Assembly: GCA_964016885.1 (NCBI GenBank)
Contig: OZ024757.1
Span: 992,001-1,056,000, forward strand
DNA: 64,000 nt
Source of the DNA: Eledone cirrhosa
Lineage: Eukaryota
Reading direction: 5' to 3'
Below the pieces are notes generated by a model, which had not been told where the DNA came from, made no database searches, and worked only from the letters and a program-made list of their open reading frames with translations. Shown piece by piece: positions 25,099-38,861 of this stretch; the stretch's first letter is position 1, and each line of letters opens with the position of its first letter. The position numbers were made by a program, and so were the translations under genes.

Positions 25099-25179
25099 AA
25101 TTAGTATATCTAGTAACATATATATACACAGATGCATACATTAGTAAGTAAGTTAATTTTATAATTTTCTTATTTTACG

Positions 25180-25219
<40 letters not shown>

Positions 25220-25369
25220 CGAGGGAAAAGTGGTAAGGAACCAGGTGGACCATAACGCACCAAAGTACTCAATACTTAGGGTAGTAGAGTGGGTAACAGG
25301 AGTAAGTAAGACCCCGACGGAATTAGCCGTCGAAACGGCTTGAGCTCAGCCGTCGGGGTCTTACTTACT

Positions 25370-25435
<66 letters not shown>

Positions 25436-25635
25436 TGTATGTGAGTATCAGTGATGAGTGTATGTAGGTGGTGAAGTACAACCTTAACCCATTTATTTCA
25501 TTAACAAAGGATATTGTGATGGAATTTGGCCAACATACATATTTCTACCTCGTTATAAAACATCGGAGAACTTATAAACCTGTCAGGCAACATATTTATT
25601 ATCAAACCAATACTTTCTGGGATATCTGACGACGG

Positions 25636-26892
25636 ATGCTACAGGTACCTAGAGATGTGACAGGTACCTGGGGATATTACAGGTACCTGGGGATATTACA
25701 GGTACCTGGGGATATTACAGGTACCTGGAGATATTACAGGTACCTTGAGATATTACAGGTACCTAGAGATGTGACAGGTACCTTGGGGATATTACAGGTA
25801 CCTGGAGATATTATGGGTACCTAGAGATGTGACAGGTACCTTGGGGATATTACAGGTACCTGGAGATATTATGGGTACCTAGAGATATTACAGGTACCTG
25901 GGGATGTGACAGGTACCTTGGGGATATTACAGGTACCTGGGGATATTACAGGTACCTGGGGATGTGACAGGTACCTAGAGATATTACAGGTACCTGGAGA
26001 TATTACAGGTACCTGGGGATGTGACAGGTACCTTGGGGATATTACAGGTACCTGGGGATATTACAGGTACCTGGAGATATTACAGGTACCTAGAGATATT
26101 ACAGGTACCTAGAGATATTACAGGTACCTGGAGATATTATGGGTACCTAGAGATGTGACAGGTACCTTGGGGATATTACAGGTACCTGGAGATATTACAG
26201 GTACCTAGAGATATTGCAGGTACCTGGGGATATTACAGGTACCTTGGGGATATTACAGGTACCTGGAGATATTATGGGTACCTGGAGATATTACAGGTAC
26301 CTAGAGATATTACAGGTACCTGGAGATATTACAGGTACCTGGAGATATTACAGGTACCTGGAGATATTACAGGTACCTAGAGATATTACAGGTACCTAGA
26401 GATATTACAGGTACCTGGGGATATTACAGGTACCTGGGGATATTACAGGTACCTGGAGATATTACAGGTACCTAGAGATATTACAGGTACCTGGGGATAT
26501 ATTACAGGTACCTAGAGATGTTACTGGTACCTAGAGATATTACAGGTACCTGGAGATATTACAGGTACCTAGAGATATTACAGGTACCTGGGGATATTAC
26601 AGGTACCTGGGGATATTACAGGTACCTAGAGATATTACAGGTACCTGGGGATATTACAGGTACCTGGGGATATTACAGGTACCTGGAGATATTACAGGTA
26701 CCTAGAGATATTACAGGTACCTGGGGATATTACAGGTACCTGGAGATGTTACAGGTACCTAGAGATATTACAGGTACCTGGAGATATTGCAGGTACCTGG
26801 AGATATTACAGGTACCTAGATATATTACAGGTACCTCGGGATATTACAGGTACCTAGAGATATTACAGGTACCTCGGGATATTACAGGTACC
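25636..26892. repeat. 19-bp minisatellite (GRGATATTACAGGTACCTR), about 65 units
   Basis: Direct periodicity; palindromic AGGTACCT in nearly every unit. Confidence 0.95.
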
Positions 26893-27285
26893 ATTAAGTC
26901 CAGCTGTAATAATATACCGGGGTAATTGCTGGCCTTGTGCCTAAATTAGAAACAATCATTGTTGTTGTTCTTGTTGTTGTTAGTATTATTATTTTAAATT
27001 ACATCTTACACATACACACATACACACATATACACACACACATATACATACACATACACACATACACACATATACGCATAGACACATACACACCATCTGG
27101 TGAATTATAATATCAGACCTTATAGGTTTTCAATGTCCTTGAGCAAGACACTTTATTTCGCGTTGCTCCTTCTACCTGGAGTTGCGACCGATAGATAGTA
27201 CTAGCAACTGGAAAAACCAACGGAAACATTGTTTCCTCGGTCCGATTTGACGAAAGTCGATCGATATAGCATATATGTATATATA

Positions 27286-27622
27286 TCATCATCATCATCA
27301 TCATGACCGTTTTACGTCCGTTCTTCCACGCTAACATGGGTTAGATGGGTTGTCCTGTTGTGGGCAGTGTCCAGTTGGCTGACCTTGTCTTGCTCATACA
27401 GGAACTGATTCTGGCATGACTTCTACAGCTGGATGCCCTTCCTAACACCAACCTCATTTACAGTGAGCGCTGGGTGCTTTTTTCCGTGGCACCAACACGT
27501 CCACTTTACAGTGAGCGCTGGGTGCTTTTTTCCGTGGCACCAACACGTCCACTTTACAGTGAGCGCTGGGTGCTTTTTTCCGTGGTACCTCCACGACCAC
27601 TTTGCAGTGGGAGGGTGTGGGG
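27286..27622 (-). mobile_element. RTE family B 3' UTR fragment with a 48-bp triplication
   Basis: Matches 23990-24270; agtgagcgctgg recurs at 27462, 27510 and 27558. Confidence 0.85.
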
Positions 27623-29752
27623 TCATATATGTTTATATATATATGTCTGTGTGTATATGTTTATATATATATGTATGTGTGTATATGTATATATATATGT
27701 CTGTGTGTATATATGTATATATATATATGTCTGTGTGTATATATGTATATATATGTCTGTGTGCATATATGTATATATATGTCTGTGTGTATATATATAT
27801 ATATATGTCTGTGTATATATATGTATACATATATGTCTGTGTATATATGTATATATATATGTCTGTGTGTATATATATATATATGTCTGTGTGTATATAT
27901 ATATGTCTGTGTATATATATGTATACATATATGTCTGTGTGTATATATGTATATATATGTCTGTGTGTATATATATATATATATGTCTGTGTGTATATAT
28001 ATATGTCTGTGTATATATATGTATACATATACGTCTGTGTATATATGTATATATATATGTCTGTGTATATATGTATATATATATGTCTGTGTGTATATAT
28101 GTATATATATATATGTCTGTCTGTATATGTATATATATATGTCTGTGTGTATGTATGTATATATATGTCTGTGTGTATATATGTATATATATGTCTGTGT
28201 GTATATATATATATATATGTCTGTGTGTATATATGTTTATATATATATATGTATGTGTGTATATGTATATATATATGTCTGTGTGTATATATGTATATAT
28301 ATATATGTCTGTGTGTATATATGTATATATATGTCTGTGTGTATATATATATGTCTGTATATATATGTATACATATATGTCTGTGTATATATGTATATAT
28401 ATATGTCTGTGTATATGTATATATATATGTCTGTGTGTATATATGTTTATATATATATGTCTGTGTGTATATAAGTTTATATATATATGTCTGTGTGTAT
28501 ATATATATATATATGTATGTGTGTATATGTATATATATATGTCTGTGTGTATATATGTATATATATATATGTATGTGTGTATATGTATATATATATATGT
28601 CTGTGTGTATATATGTATATATATATATATGTCTGTGTGTATATATGTATATATATGTCTGTGTGTGTATAAATATATATATGTCTGCAGCGATTCTTTG
28701 CTTAAACTTTAATCTGTTATTTTAATAAATATTTGCTCTATGGTTCTTATATATTTGATATATATTTTCCTTATCGAGCCCTCTTTGGATTTTAGTCTTC
28801 TATTTTATTATTATTACTATGTCTGTGTGTATATATATATGTCTGTGTATATAATAATATAATAATGAAATTATTGTGTACAGTGCTCAGGTGCACTACA
28901 ACTCATCAAAGGTGCATGTATAGTACATAGAATAATGTACAAATGTCAGGAAAATGAACAGTGTATGAGTCATGATATAATAACAATAACAATAATGAAA
29001 TATTGTGTACAGTGCCCAGGTGCACCACAACTCATCAAAAAAGTGCATGTACATACATATATATGTATACATATATGTCTGTGTATATATGTATATATAT
29101 ATGTCTGTGTATATATGTATATATATGTCTGTGTGTATATATGTATATATATATATGTCTGTGTGTATATATATATATATTATTGTCTGTGTGTATATAT
29201 ATATATATGTCTGTGTGTATATATATATGTGTGTGTATATATATATGTATACATATATGTCTGTGTATATATGTATATATATATATGTCTGTGTATATAT
29301 GTATATATATATGTCTGTGTGTATATGTATATATATATGTCTGTGTGTATATATATATATATATATATGTCTGTGTGTATATATGTATATATATATATGT
29401 CTGTGTATATATGTATATATATATGTCTGTGTGTATATATGTATATATATATATGTCTATGTGTATATATGTATATATATATGTCTGTGTGTATATATAT
29501 ATATATATGTCTGTCTGTATATATGTATATATATGTCTGTGTATATATGTATATATATGTGTCTGTGTGTATATATATGTATATATATATATGTCTGTGT
29601 GTATATATGTATATATATATGTTTGTGTGTATATGTATATATATATATGTCTGTGTATATATGTATATATATGTCTGTGTGTATATATATATATATACAT
29701 CTGTGTTTATATGTGTTTATATATATATGTTTGTGTGTATATATGCATATAT
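27623..29752. repeat. Compound (TA)n/TATGTCTGTGTG low-complexity array, interrupted at 28686-29055 by dispersed repeats
   Basis: Direct inspection; the interrupting pieces recur at 16100, 34050 and 62880. Confidence 0.92.
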
Positions 29753-29795
29753 AGTTAAGAATAAATAAACTAATATTCAATTATGACTTTTCTAG

Positions 29796-29900
29796 GCCCT
29801 GCCCCAAACAATTACAAGTTACCATCAACAGTTGGAGCTGAACAACACGATGCTACAAAACCTAGGGCACCGTCTTATAGCATTGGTAAACACACCTTCA
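29796..29900 (+). CDS. ODF3/SHIPPO-1 (CIMAP1)-like PGP-repeat protein, internal exon
   Basis: ttttctag| ... |gtaagt; 105 nt, phase 1-1; PAPNNYKLPSTVG...HDATKPRAPSYSIG resembles the first ODF3 repeat. Confidence 0.85.
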
Positions 29901-30203
29901 GTAAGTTTTCCTCTGTTATTTCATGTTGTTGTTTTCATTGTGTTTATACATCCTCAGTTGTGAATATGGTGTAAATATGTCTACACACACACACACAAAT
30001 ACACATACATATATATAAATATTTGTGTGTGTGCGTGAGTGCAATAATTTGTGAGAGAGTTCTGTATCAGCAGAAGAGATATATAATTATCACCAAGAAA
30101 ATGATCTGTTCAGGTATGAAACTAGACGATAGCCTAAGTAATGTTTTGTAATATCGTCATATATATATATACTGGAGATGCAACCATTATTGTGTTTATA
30201 TAT

Positions 30204-30412
30204 ATATATGAACAACATGAATTTAATTATTCTGAGCATCCACAGTTATCTCCCCTATGTCGATCTATTGTGGGTTTACCACCCTCGGGGGAGTGACTGT
30301 TTCTGCACATGTCTTTCTTTTTCCATACAACTTCATTTAAACCAAGCTGATGATCCGAAGAAGGTAAAACAATTGTTCTCGGTAATGGTGAACTAACTGT
30401 TGTGGAACTACT

Positions 30413-30420
<8 letters not shown>
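30204..30420 (+). mobile_element. Hammerhead-bearing PLE-like 3' fragment (second copy at 37655-37866 on -)
   Basis: accaag-CTGATGA-tcc-gaagaa-ggt-AAAA-caattg-TT-ctcggt at 30341-30383; the minus copy (37692-37734) retains GAAA and a perfect helix I. Confidence 0.72.
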
Positions 30421-30466
<46 letters not shown>

Positions 30467-30471
<5 letters not shown>

Positions 30472-30881
30472 GGGTGTGTATGATTGTGTATAGAAGATTA
30501 TATTAATAAGAGGAATTCCAACTTTGTCTGATTTACTCATTTTATTTACAATCCTTTAAAATTTATAATGGTATTATAATGAAATAGTATGATAGAATAT
30601 TAAATGTTAAGTGTTAATTGAACAAGTACTTTCATGCTTTCGCAATCTTCAGGTTCATAATGTGTGGTGACAGTCAAGTTTGCAATTTTCAACTGTTGAA
30701 AATTGCAAACTTGACTGTCGCCACACATTATGAACCTGAAGATTGCGAAAGCATGAAAGTACTTGTTCAATTAACACTTAACATTTAATATTCTATCATA
30801 CTATTTCATTATAATACCATTATAAATTTTAAAGGATTGTAAATAAAATGAGTAAATCAGACAAAGTTGGAATTCCTCTTA

Positions 30882-30888
<7 letters not shown>
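30467..30888. mobile_element. Near-perfect 390-bp palindromic PLE 3' remnant
   Basis: Arms 30499-30692 and 30695-30888; (TA)n flanks. Confidence 0.82.
30731..30769 (+). ncRNA. Minimal type I hammerhead (mirror at 30619-30657 on -)
   Basis: tgaac-CTGAAGA-ttgc-gaaa-gcat-GAAA-gtac-TT-gttca. Confidence 0.78.
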
Positions 30889-30922
<34 letters not shown>

Positions 30923-30924
<2 letters not shown>

Positions 30925-31168
30925 TTGCAATCGAAAGGTTGTGAGTTCAATTCTCAGACTGGGTGATGTGTTGTTTCCTTGAGCAAGACACTTTATTTCA
31001 CATTGCTCCAGTTTACTCACCTGTAGAAATGAGATGAAAAAAAGCATCCAGCACTCACTGTAAATGAGGTTGGTGTTAGGAAGAGCATCCAGCTGTAGAA
31101 ATCAAACCAGAATCAGTTCCTGTCCCACCCTTGCAAGCAGGGAAAAGCGGACTTAAATGATGATGATA
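30923..31168 (+). mobile_element. SINE family A, partial (another partial copy at 37191-37453)
   Basis: Matches 9834-10166, with 5' truncation and an internal deletion. Confidence 0.82.
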
Positions 31169-31188
31169 TATATATATATATATATATA

Positions 31189-31241
<53 letters not shown>

Positions 31242-31243
<2 letters not shown>

Positions 31244-34011
31244 AAAGTTATATTTAAATTGTTGGGTTACAACTAGTAAATATTTATAACTGATATAAAA
31301 GCACTCAACAAGTATTTGGAGTATATTTACGATATTAAATAAATGGAAACTATATTTATAAAACCATATTTATTTCATTATATATATTTCAGGGATATCA
31401 TATTAACAATATGTTATGCCTTCCTCAGACAAAATACAATATAGACAGTTTTATAGATAAATAGATTTGACATACCGTTCAACATCGACTTGTATTTGAA
31501 AAAGTTGATTTGGCAGTGAAAAATTGTAAACAGAAAGAAAGAAAGAGAGAAAGAAGGAAAGAAAGAAAAGAAAGAAAGAAAACGAAGAAAAAGAAGAAGA
31601 AGAAGAAATGCATGCAACAAAATAGAGAGATGGAAAGATAGATAAAGAGAAGAACTTCATGTAAAGAAACAGATAGAGATATATATAGAGAGAGGAAATA
31701 GATAGTTGGACATCCGTTGCATGAACGTATCAATGATACATTTATTTATTTATTTATTTATTTAGCTCTAGTATTAATGTAAGGGAGATATATGTGGTTA
31801 GGAAAGAAACCAGCCGTTATATAGAGAGAAAAATGAAAAGTAACCAGACATAGGCGAGGCAAAATTTAAAAACCCTATGTTTTAATGTAGAGATATTAGT
31901 ACGTATAAAAACCAGGCACTATAATGTAAATATCAGTATTCCTGAATGAGACACGTATCCATAATGTGTGAAAAGTAATGATCTTATGTTTAGTTTAAAA
32001 AATTCATATGTTTATATGATAACTCCAAACATCGATGTGAATTTACGTGATCAACTCTGCAAACCCCTATTTCACACGGAGAACATTCTCATTGTGCTAT
32101 AAAAATTTAAGTATACATATATGTGTATATATATACACATATATATAGAGTCTATATTAATTTTAACAATACTATTCTTGTCTTTACTCTACATGATTAT
32201 CTATCAAGCAGAAATAGAGAACAGATTTCAATATATTAATAAAAAATATCAGAAACAAAAACAAAAAATAATAATAATAATAATAAATAATAATAAAATA
32301 GAAAACTAAAAAATATTACATATTAAAAATAAAAATATTAGAAAATATTACAATAATAAAAATAAAAACATAATAGAAACATAATATGCCACGCAAATCG
32401 ACCACAAAGGTCAACCCATCAAAATTAATTGACAATATATTGCCAAGTTCATTATAAGCATCAGAGTCGAAAGCAGATAAAGCTAAAAATTATTTATCAA
32501 ATCACGTCTAGCAAAAATCATTTCAAAAAGTTTAGGATGCCCATTTGGTCTACATGTGTTCTTATATTTAATATAGAAGTTTATCTAGTGTAACGTTTAT
32601 TCGAAATATTTGGAGCATCAACTTTTAGGGTAGTTTAATTTTTCATGAAGAATGTTTAAATAAAAATAAATAGAAAAAGAAGAATAAAAAGAAGAAATCG
32701 AAAGATTTATCGGCTAGTTTCCCAAATAATTATAAATCAAACTAAATATACTACGTTTTAAATTTAAATTTATATTTAAAAGTTGAGTTTAATCTATGTT
32801 TGCAGCAACTGAATAAATTTGTCCGTAGATTAAGGGAATTTTTAGATTTTAGTATAAAGAATATCTCCTCTGCGCAGAGGTCACATGTCTCAGAGGATGA
32901 ATTAAAAGGAATTCCTCTTGAGACTATATTCCAAGCCGTCGAATGTCTAACGTTATCTAGCCTAAGTTGCCAGAGTACGCCTGATAGTGCTGTTGAAGAT
33001 TTTTTGCTTGGATCTGTGAAAGAATTCTTGTGGTTATTATAGCGAAGTTTAAATTCCGTCGATGTGGAACCGACGTAGTTAAAAGAATTAGAGTCAGTTT
33101 TAACATTACAATTGTATATTATATTTTTAACTAAGCAGTTGTTATTTAACGGACATTTAGATCTATCTCTACAGTTACATTTGTTAACTTGTATATTATT
33201 TATGCTATTATCGCTATGTTTTAAGTTCCTATTATTTATTCTATTAATATAATAGTGATAAGATTATGTACATAGATAATGATAGACAAACTAAACAAAA
33301 TAACAACTATTTTAATTACGGCAACAACCTTAACAACTATAATAGAAAGCATTACAATAATTCCAAAAGCCAAAAAAGAAATAGAACTAGGAACATAATA
33401 TGGTTTGCCCCCCCTTTCTCACTAAACATTAAAACCCACATCGCTAAACTATTTTTTAAAGCTCTTGATAATCGCTTCCCTAGAACACATAGGTATCACT
33501 CAATTTTCAATAGACATACTATAAAATTAACCTACTCATCCACCAAAAATTTAGCACAAAATATTAATACTAGAGCTAAATAAATAAATAAATAAATAAA
33601 TGTATCATTGATACGTTCATGCAACGGATGTCCAACTATCTATTTCCTCTCTCTATATATATCTCTATCTGTTTCTTTACATGAAGTTCTTCTCTTTATC
33701 TATCTTTCCATCTCTCTATTTTGTTGCATGCATTTCTTCTTCTTCTTCTTTTTCTTCGTTTTCTTTCTTTCTTTTCTTTCTTTCCTTCTTTCTCTCTTTC
33801 TTTCTTTCTGTTTACAATTTTTCACTGCCAAATCAACTTTTTCAAATACAAGTCGATGTTGAACGGTATGTCAAATCTATTTATCTATAAAACTGTCTAT
33901 ATTGTATTTTGTCTGAGGAAGGCATAACATATTGTTAATATGATATCCCTGAAATATATATAATGAAATAAATATGGTTTTATAAATATAGTTTCCATTT
34001 ATTTAATATCG

Positions 34012-34013
<2 letters not shown>
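31242..34013. mobile_element. Bidirectional truncated PLE (Nematis-like)
   Basis: Arms 31329-31778 and 33563-34013. Minus frame 32751-33261 encodes CNC..KCPL...C...NIIY....YVGST...RYNNH...CDLC..E...CKH. Plus frame 33266-33583 encodes RNIIWFAPPFS...FP..H....IFNRHTIKLTYS. Confidence 0.85.
33905..33970 (+). ncRNA. Type I hammerhead (mirror at 31371-31436 on -)
   Basis: tattttgt-CTGAGGA-aggcataacatatt-gtt-aatatgatatccct-GAAA-tatata-TA-atgaaata. Confidence 0.8.
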
Positions 34014-34044
<31 letters not shown>

Positions 34045-34133
34045 TAAAATATGCTCTACAGTTCTTATATATTTGATATATATTTATCCTTATCGAGCCC
34101 TCTTTGGATTTTAGTCTTCAAATTTATTATTAT

Positions 34134-34226
<93 letters not shown>

Positions 34227-35379
34227 ATCAAAGATGGTTAAAGGAGTTCCATGTATTTTATTATGCGCATTTCAAAAACAAACATCATCATGCAATAATA
34301 TTTGTGTTTTCATCAGATAAAACAGGAGAACATGATATGAAGGCTAAAAAACACTTGTGGATAGTGCAGTTTTAAATCAACATATGAAAAGTGGTTTTAG
34401 ATTGATGTGTGATATTGGGAAAAATATTTTATTTAGAGAGGGGGGGGGTTGGAAAGGATGAAAAAGGGGAGGAGATGAGAGGGAGAGATGGGTGATAGAG
34501 AGAAAGAGATAGTTTTTATAACTGAGAGAAGATATATTGTTTTACATAGAGAGGTTGAAAACCGTTGGAAGATAATGTATACATTAAAAGAATTTGAAAA
34601 TTAACGAAGGGAAAGATATGTACGAGGAAAAAATATTTTATTTAGGGAGGGGGTGGAAAGGATGAAAAAAGGGGGAGGAGATGAGATAGAAGGTGGAGAG
34701 GGAGAGATGGGTGATAGAGAGAAAGAGATAGTTTTTATAACTGAGAAAAGATATATTGTTTTATATAGAGAGGTTGAGAACCGTTGGAAGATAATGTATA
34801 AATTAAAAGAATTTGAAAATTAACGAAGGGAAAAATATTTGCTAGGAAAGAGAGGGAGTTTATGTATGAAGATAGAGAGAAAAAAATAATAATTGTGGAT
34901 GAATATTCTAACGTCAAAAAGGTGTATGTTGATAAGTATTGTGGCAATTTCAAAATTAACGAAGAGAAAAAATTATTAAGGTTTGTGTGTAGAAGGATTT
35001 GAGAAAAATAATGTGAAGTTAAAGTTTGTATATTGAAGGAATTGATAATATGTGCGAAGAACGAGTTAATATGTATTAAGAATGAGTTCGTTGATGGGGA
35101 GAAAAAAATAATAAATTAAGGATGAAATTGAGATTAAAAAGTTTTATGATAGAGAGAAAAAATAATAATAATTGCGGATGAATATTCTAACGTCAAAAAA
35201 ACAAATGTATATGTTATGAAGGATTTTACAAGGTGAAGATAGAAAGAGGGTAATGAGTAAACAAGTATTATAGAGTGTATAATGCCCTTTGAAGTAAGGT
35301 AGGAAGATGGGTATATTTTAAAGAGGTGTATGTATATGTGCCTTTGAGAAAAGATTCTAAATTGATAAAGAATTGAATA

Positions 35380-36810
35380 TTAACTGTATACTTTGTGAAA
35401 AGTCCTATGGAATGTATGCAGGCAGATAGAAAACAAATCTGTACGTCTATTTATTATAGAATCTAGATTAGAGATAATGGTAAATTTTTCATTTAGGCAG
35501 AGATTACAGATTTTAGATAGAGAGCTGTTCAAGTATGAGGATGCAGAAGAAACCTTCTTCCAAAAGATGGTATATTTAATGTTTTTGTCTTTCAAGGACC
35601 ATATGAGTTCTGAGAGAGCCGTGTTGGTTCTTTTAAGTTTATATTTGAAAGATGAATGGTGATTATAGAGACGAGCTTTAAAAGAGGTGGAAGTGGAGCC
35701 AAAATAGGTGAAGGAATTGGTGCTAGTTATAACTTTACATTCATAAATTAAGTTTTTATCAAGACAATGGTTGTTGAGAGGACATTTATTTTTAATGCAG
35801 CAGTTGCAATTAGAGAGATTATTAATGAGTGACCTAGTGTTATCTATAGAAGGAATTGGATTGGAGAAGTTGTTTGCGATAGGAATAATAGGAATAATAG
35901 TTTCTTGATTTAGAGTTGGATTATGAACATTTAGCGAAGTTGTGTTTGACGTTGTATTTGGGTTTACAGAAGTTAGCCTAGGGTTTACAATGACGTCGGG
36001 AGTACTATTACTGTTATTATGAAATTCAATGTTGGAAGGAAGAGATTTAGTATTTAGTATTTTATTGTTGTGTTTAGAGATGATGTTGGAAATATTGGAG
36101 GATGTAGAATAAGAAAATTTGATGGTGTGTTTGTTAAATATTTTACTATAGATATGTGAGGGAGGGAAGCATTTATTTAAGGCACTAAAAAATAATTTAG
36201 GAATATTGTTATTAATAGAGATGGAGAAAGGAGCATTATACCAGATTATGTTTTTGTATCTAGGTCTTTTATTAAAATTATTGGAATGATCATGATTAAT
36301 TATTCTACTGTAAGTTTTTCTAGAATTTGTTTCTTTACTATATTTGATTTTATCTGGATAGCCGGCTTTAGAAAGTGCGTTATTATAGTAATTGGCGTTA
36401 GCATCAAAGATGTTTTTATTAGAAGATATGTTAGATATTCTTTTTCCAATATTACTAACTATAGCATTCTTGATATTGGTAGGATGGTTAGATTTAAAGT
36501 TAACATAATTTAGGTTCTCATTGTTTTTATGGTAAGGGTAATATAGGCCAGTGTCAAGATTAAGAGATACATCCAAGAAATTAGCTAGTTTGATACTATT
36601 ATCAAATTCAATTTTTAGGTTATGTTGGTTAAAGTGATTACGTATATTGTTCTTAATAATATTAAGGTTAACTATATTGCAATTTAAGATAGTAAAGAGT
36701 CCATCGTCACGATAAATTCCACCGCGAAGTTGAGGAATTTTCCGACTCAAAGAGTTCAAAATAAAGATACCAATTAAATCAGTCAATTGGGAGAAATCGG
36801 ATGCTCCCAT
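35380..36810 (-). pseudogene. Truncated PLE RT (from motif B) + GIY-YIG, open frame of 476 aa
   Basis: MG..D, GGIYRDDGL, NFLDVSLNL, SNHP, NIIWYNAPFS, CPLNNHC..NLIY....YFGST, CNLCLNEK. Confidence 0.9.
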
Positions 36811-36953
36811 TTTTCATCCTTTCCAACCCCTCCCCCTCTCTAAATAAAATATTTTTCCCAATATCACACATCAATCTAAAACCACTTTTCATATGTTGAT
36901 TTAAGACTGCACTATCCACAAGTGTTTTTTAGCCTTCATATCATGTTCTCCTG

Positions 36954-37020
36954 TTTTATCTGATGAAAACACAAATATTATTGCATGATGATGTTTGTTT
37001 TTGAAATGAGCATAATAAAA
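36954..37020 (+). ncRNA. Type I hammerhead (mirror at 34256-34322 on -)
   Basis: ttttat-CTGATGA-long helix II-GAAA-tgagca-TA-ataaaa; the mirror copy has palindromic tgcgca. Confidence 0.78.
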
Positions 37021-37143
37021 TACATGGAACTCCTTTAACCATCTTTTGATCTTATATTATGTATACTCCAGTCCTACAAACTGTAGAGTGCTTCTTATCC
37101 GATATCTGCATTGCTTTATTGTACTACAATAAAACTCACCTCC

Positions 37144-37188
<45 letters not shown>

Positions 37189-37861
37189 TTGTTTCCTTGA
37201 GCAAGATACTTTATTTCACATTGCTCCAGTTTACTCAGCTGTAGAAATGAGATGATAGGGACTCCAGTCCCTATCATTCCACTGTAAAGTGGTCGTGGAG
37301 GTGCCACGGCAAAAAACAACCAGGACTCACTGTAAATGAGGTTGGTGTTAGGAAGGGCATCCAGCTGTAGAAACCAAGCCAAAATCAGTTCCCGTCCCAC
37401 CCTTGCAAGCAGGGAAAAAGCAGACGTAAAATGAAATGATGATGAAATGATGATATATATATCATCATCATCATCATCATCAGGTTTAGCGTCCGTGTTC
37501 CACGCTTGCATGGGTTTGGACGGGGGTTTTCCCACTTGAGGCAAGAGTGGTTGTCTTGCTCGCATAGGACTGTCTGGCGGGTTTTCTACAGTTGGATGCC
37601 CTTCCTAACACCAACCACATTTACAGTGTGGGGCTATATATATATATAGAGAGAGAGAGAGAAGTAGTTCCACAACAGTTAGTTCACCATTACCGAGAAC
37701 AATTGTTTCACCTTATTCGGATCCTCAGCTCGGTTTAAATAAAGTTGTATGGAAAAAGAAAGACATGTGCAGAAACAGTCACTCCCCCGAGGGTGGTAAA
37801 CCCACAATAGATCGACATAGGGGAGATAACTGTGGATGCTCAGAATAAATTATTCATGTTA

Positions 37862-37912
<51 letters not shown>

Positions 37913-38247
37913 GAAAAAGTTTAACCCCGACGGCAGAGCTCAAGCCATTTCGACGGCTATTTCTGGACTAAATTAGAATTTTTAGCGTGGTAAATAAATA
38001 GCCGAACTTTTCAAGGGTTAATTTCTTATATGGGAAGATTGTAGTTATCAAGAACATCGGTCAAAATTTCTTGTAAACACAATTAAATCTTTCATGGCAG
38101 TGAGTGAGAGGTGGGTGTGGCTGATGAAGGACTAATATCCGAAACATAAAACTCTTTTCCTACTATATCAAGTGTTAAACTAATATATTTCTTCAGACAC
38201 ACAGACACACAAAGACACACACACACACATACACACACATATATATA

Positions 38248-38861
38248 TGAGGGCAATCCCAAAAGTAAGGTCTCCAAAGCGATGGGGACGCAGAGAAACT
38301 GTTCGTACGGCTGTTGGCAACACTGTTGTGATTGGTGCTTCCTTCACTCCCAAACAAGCATGTGCGTGCTTCGCTGGGATGCTCAATCTTGGCTTGGCAG
38401 CCGTTGAGAATGGAGCTCCCGTTGGACGCTACCACCAAGTGCGAAGTTCGCACAGTTATTCGGTTCTTGAATGCAAAAGGCGTTGAACCGATTGAAATTC
38501 ATCGCCAATTGATGGAAGTATATGGACAGTCGTGCAAGGATGTCAAAAACGTTCACAAAGGAATGGGAGACCGTCAATTTCCGACGAGACAGTCGCAAAG
38601 GTTGAGGAAAACATGTGTAAAGATCGGCGGTTCACTCTGGATGCTCTCTGCATTTTGGTTCCTGAGGTTTCCCGAAGCACCATCCACAGGATTTTAACGG
38701 AAAAGTTGCAATATCGGAAGGTGTGAGCATCCCAGCAAAGCGTGCGCATACTTGTTTGGAGGTGAAGGAAGCACCAATCACAACAGTGTTGCCAACAGCC
38801 GTACGAACAGTTTCTCTGAGTCCCCATTACTTTGGAGACCTTACTTTTGGGATTGCCCTCA
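38248..38861 (+). mobile_element. Mariner deletion derivative (MITE-like) with about 137-bp inverted ends
   Basis: TA|TGAGGGCAATCCCAAAAGTAAGG ... CCTTACTTTTGGGATTGCCCTCA|TA; internal EVRTVIRFL.AKG....EIHRQL.EVYG, GRPS and STIHRILTEKL.YRKV match a mariner transposase N-terminus. Confidence 0.9.

Larger units (their letters stand above)
34224..37143 (-). mobile_element. 5'-truncated PLE (Nematis-like) with inverted 3' segment
   Basis: Arms about 34224-34465 and 36811-37057 flank the ORF and 3' UTR; (TA)n on both sides. Confidence 0.9.
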
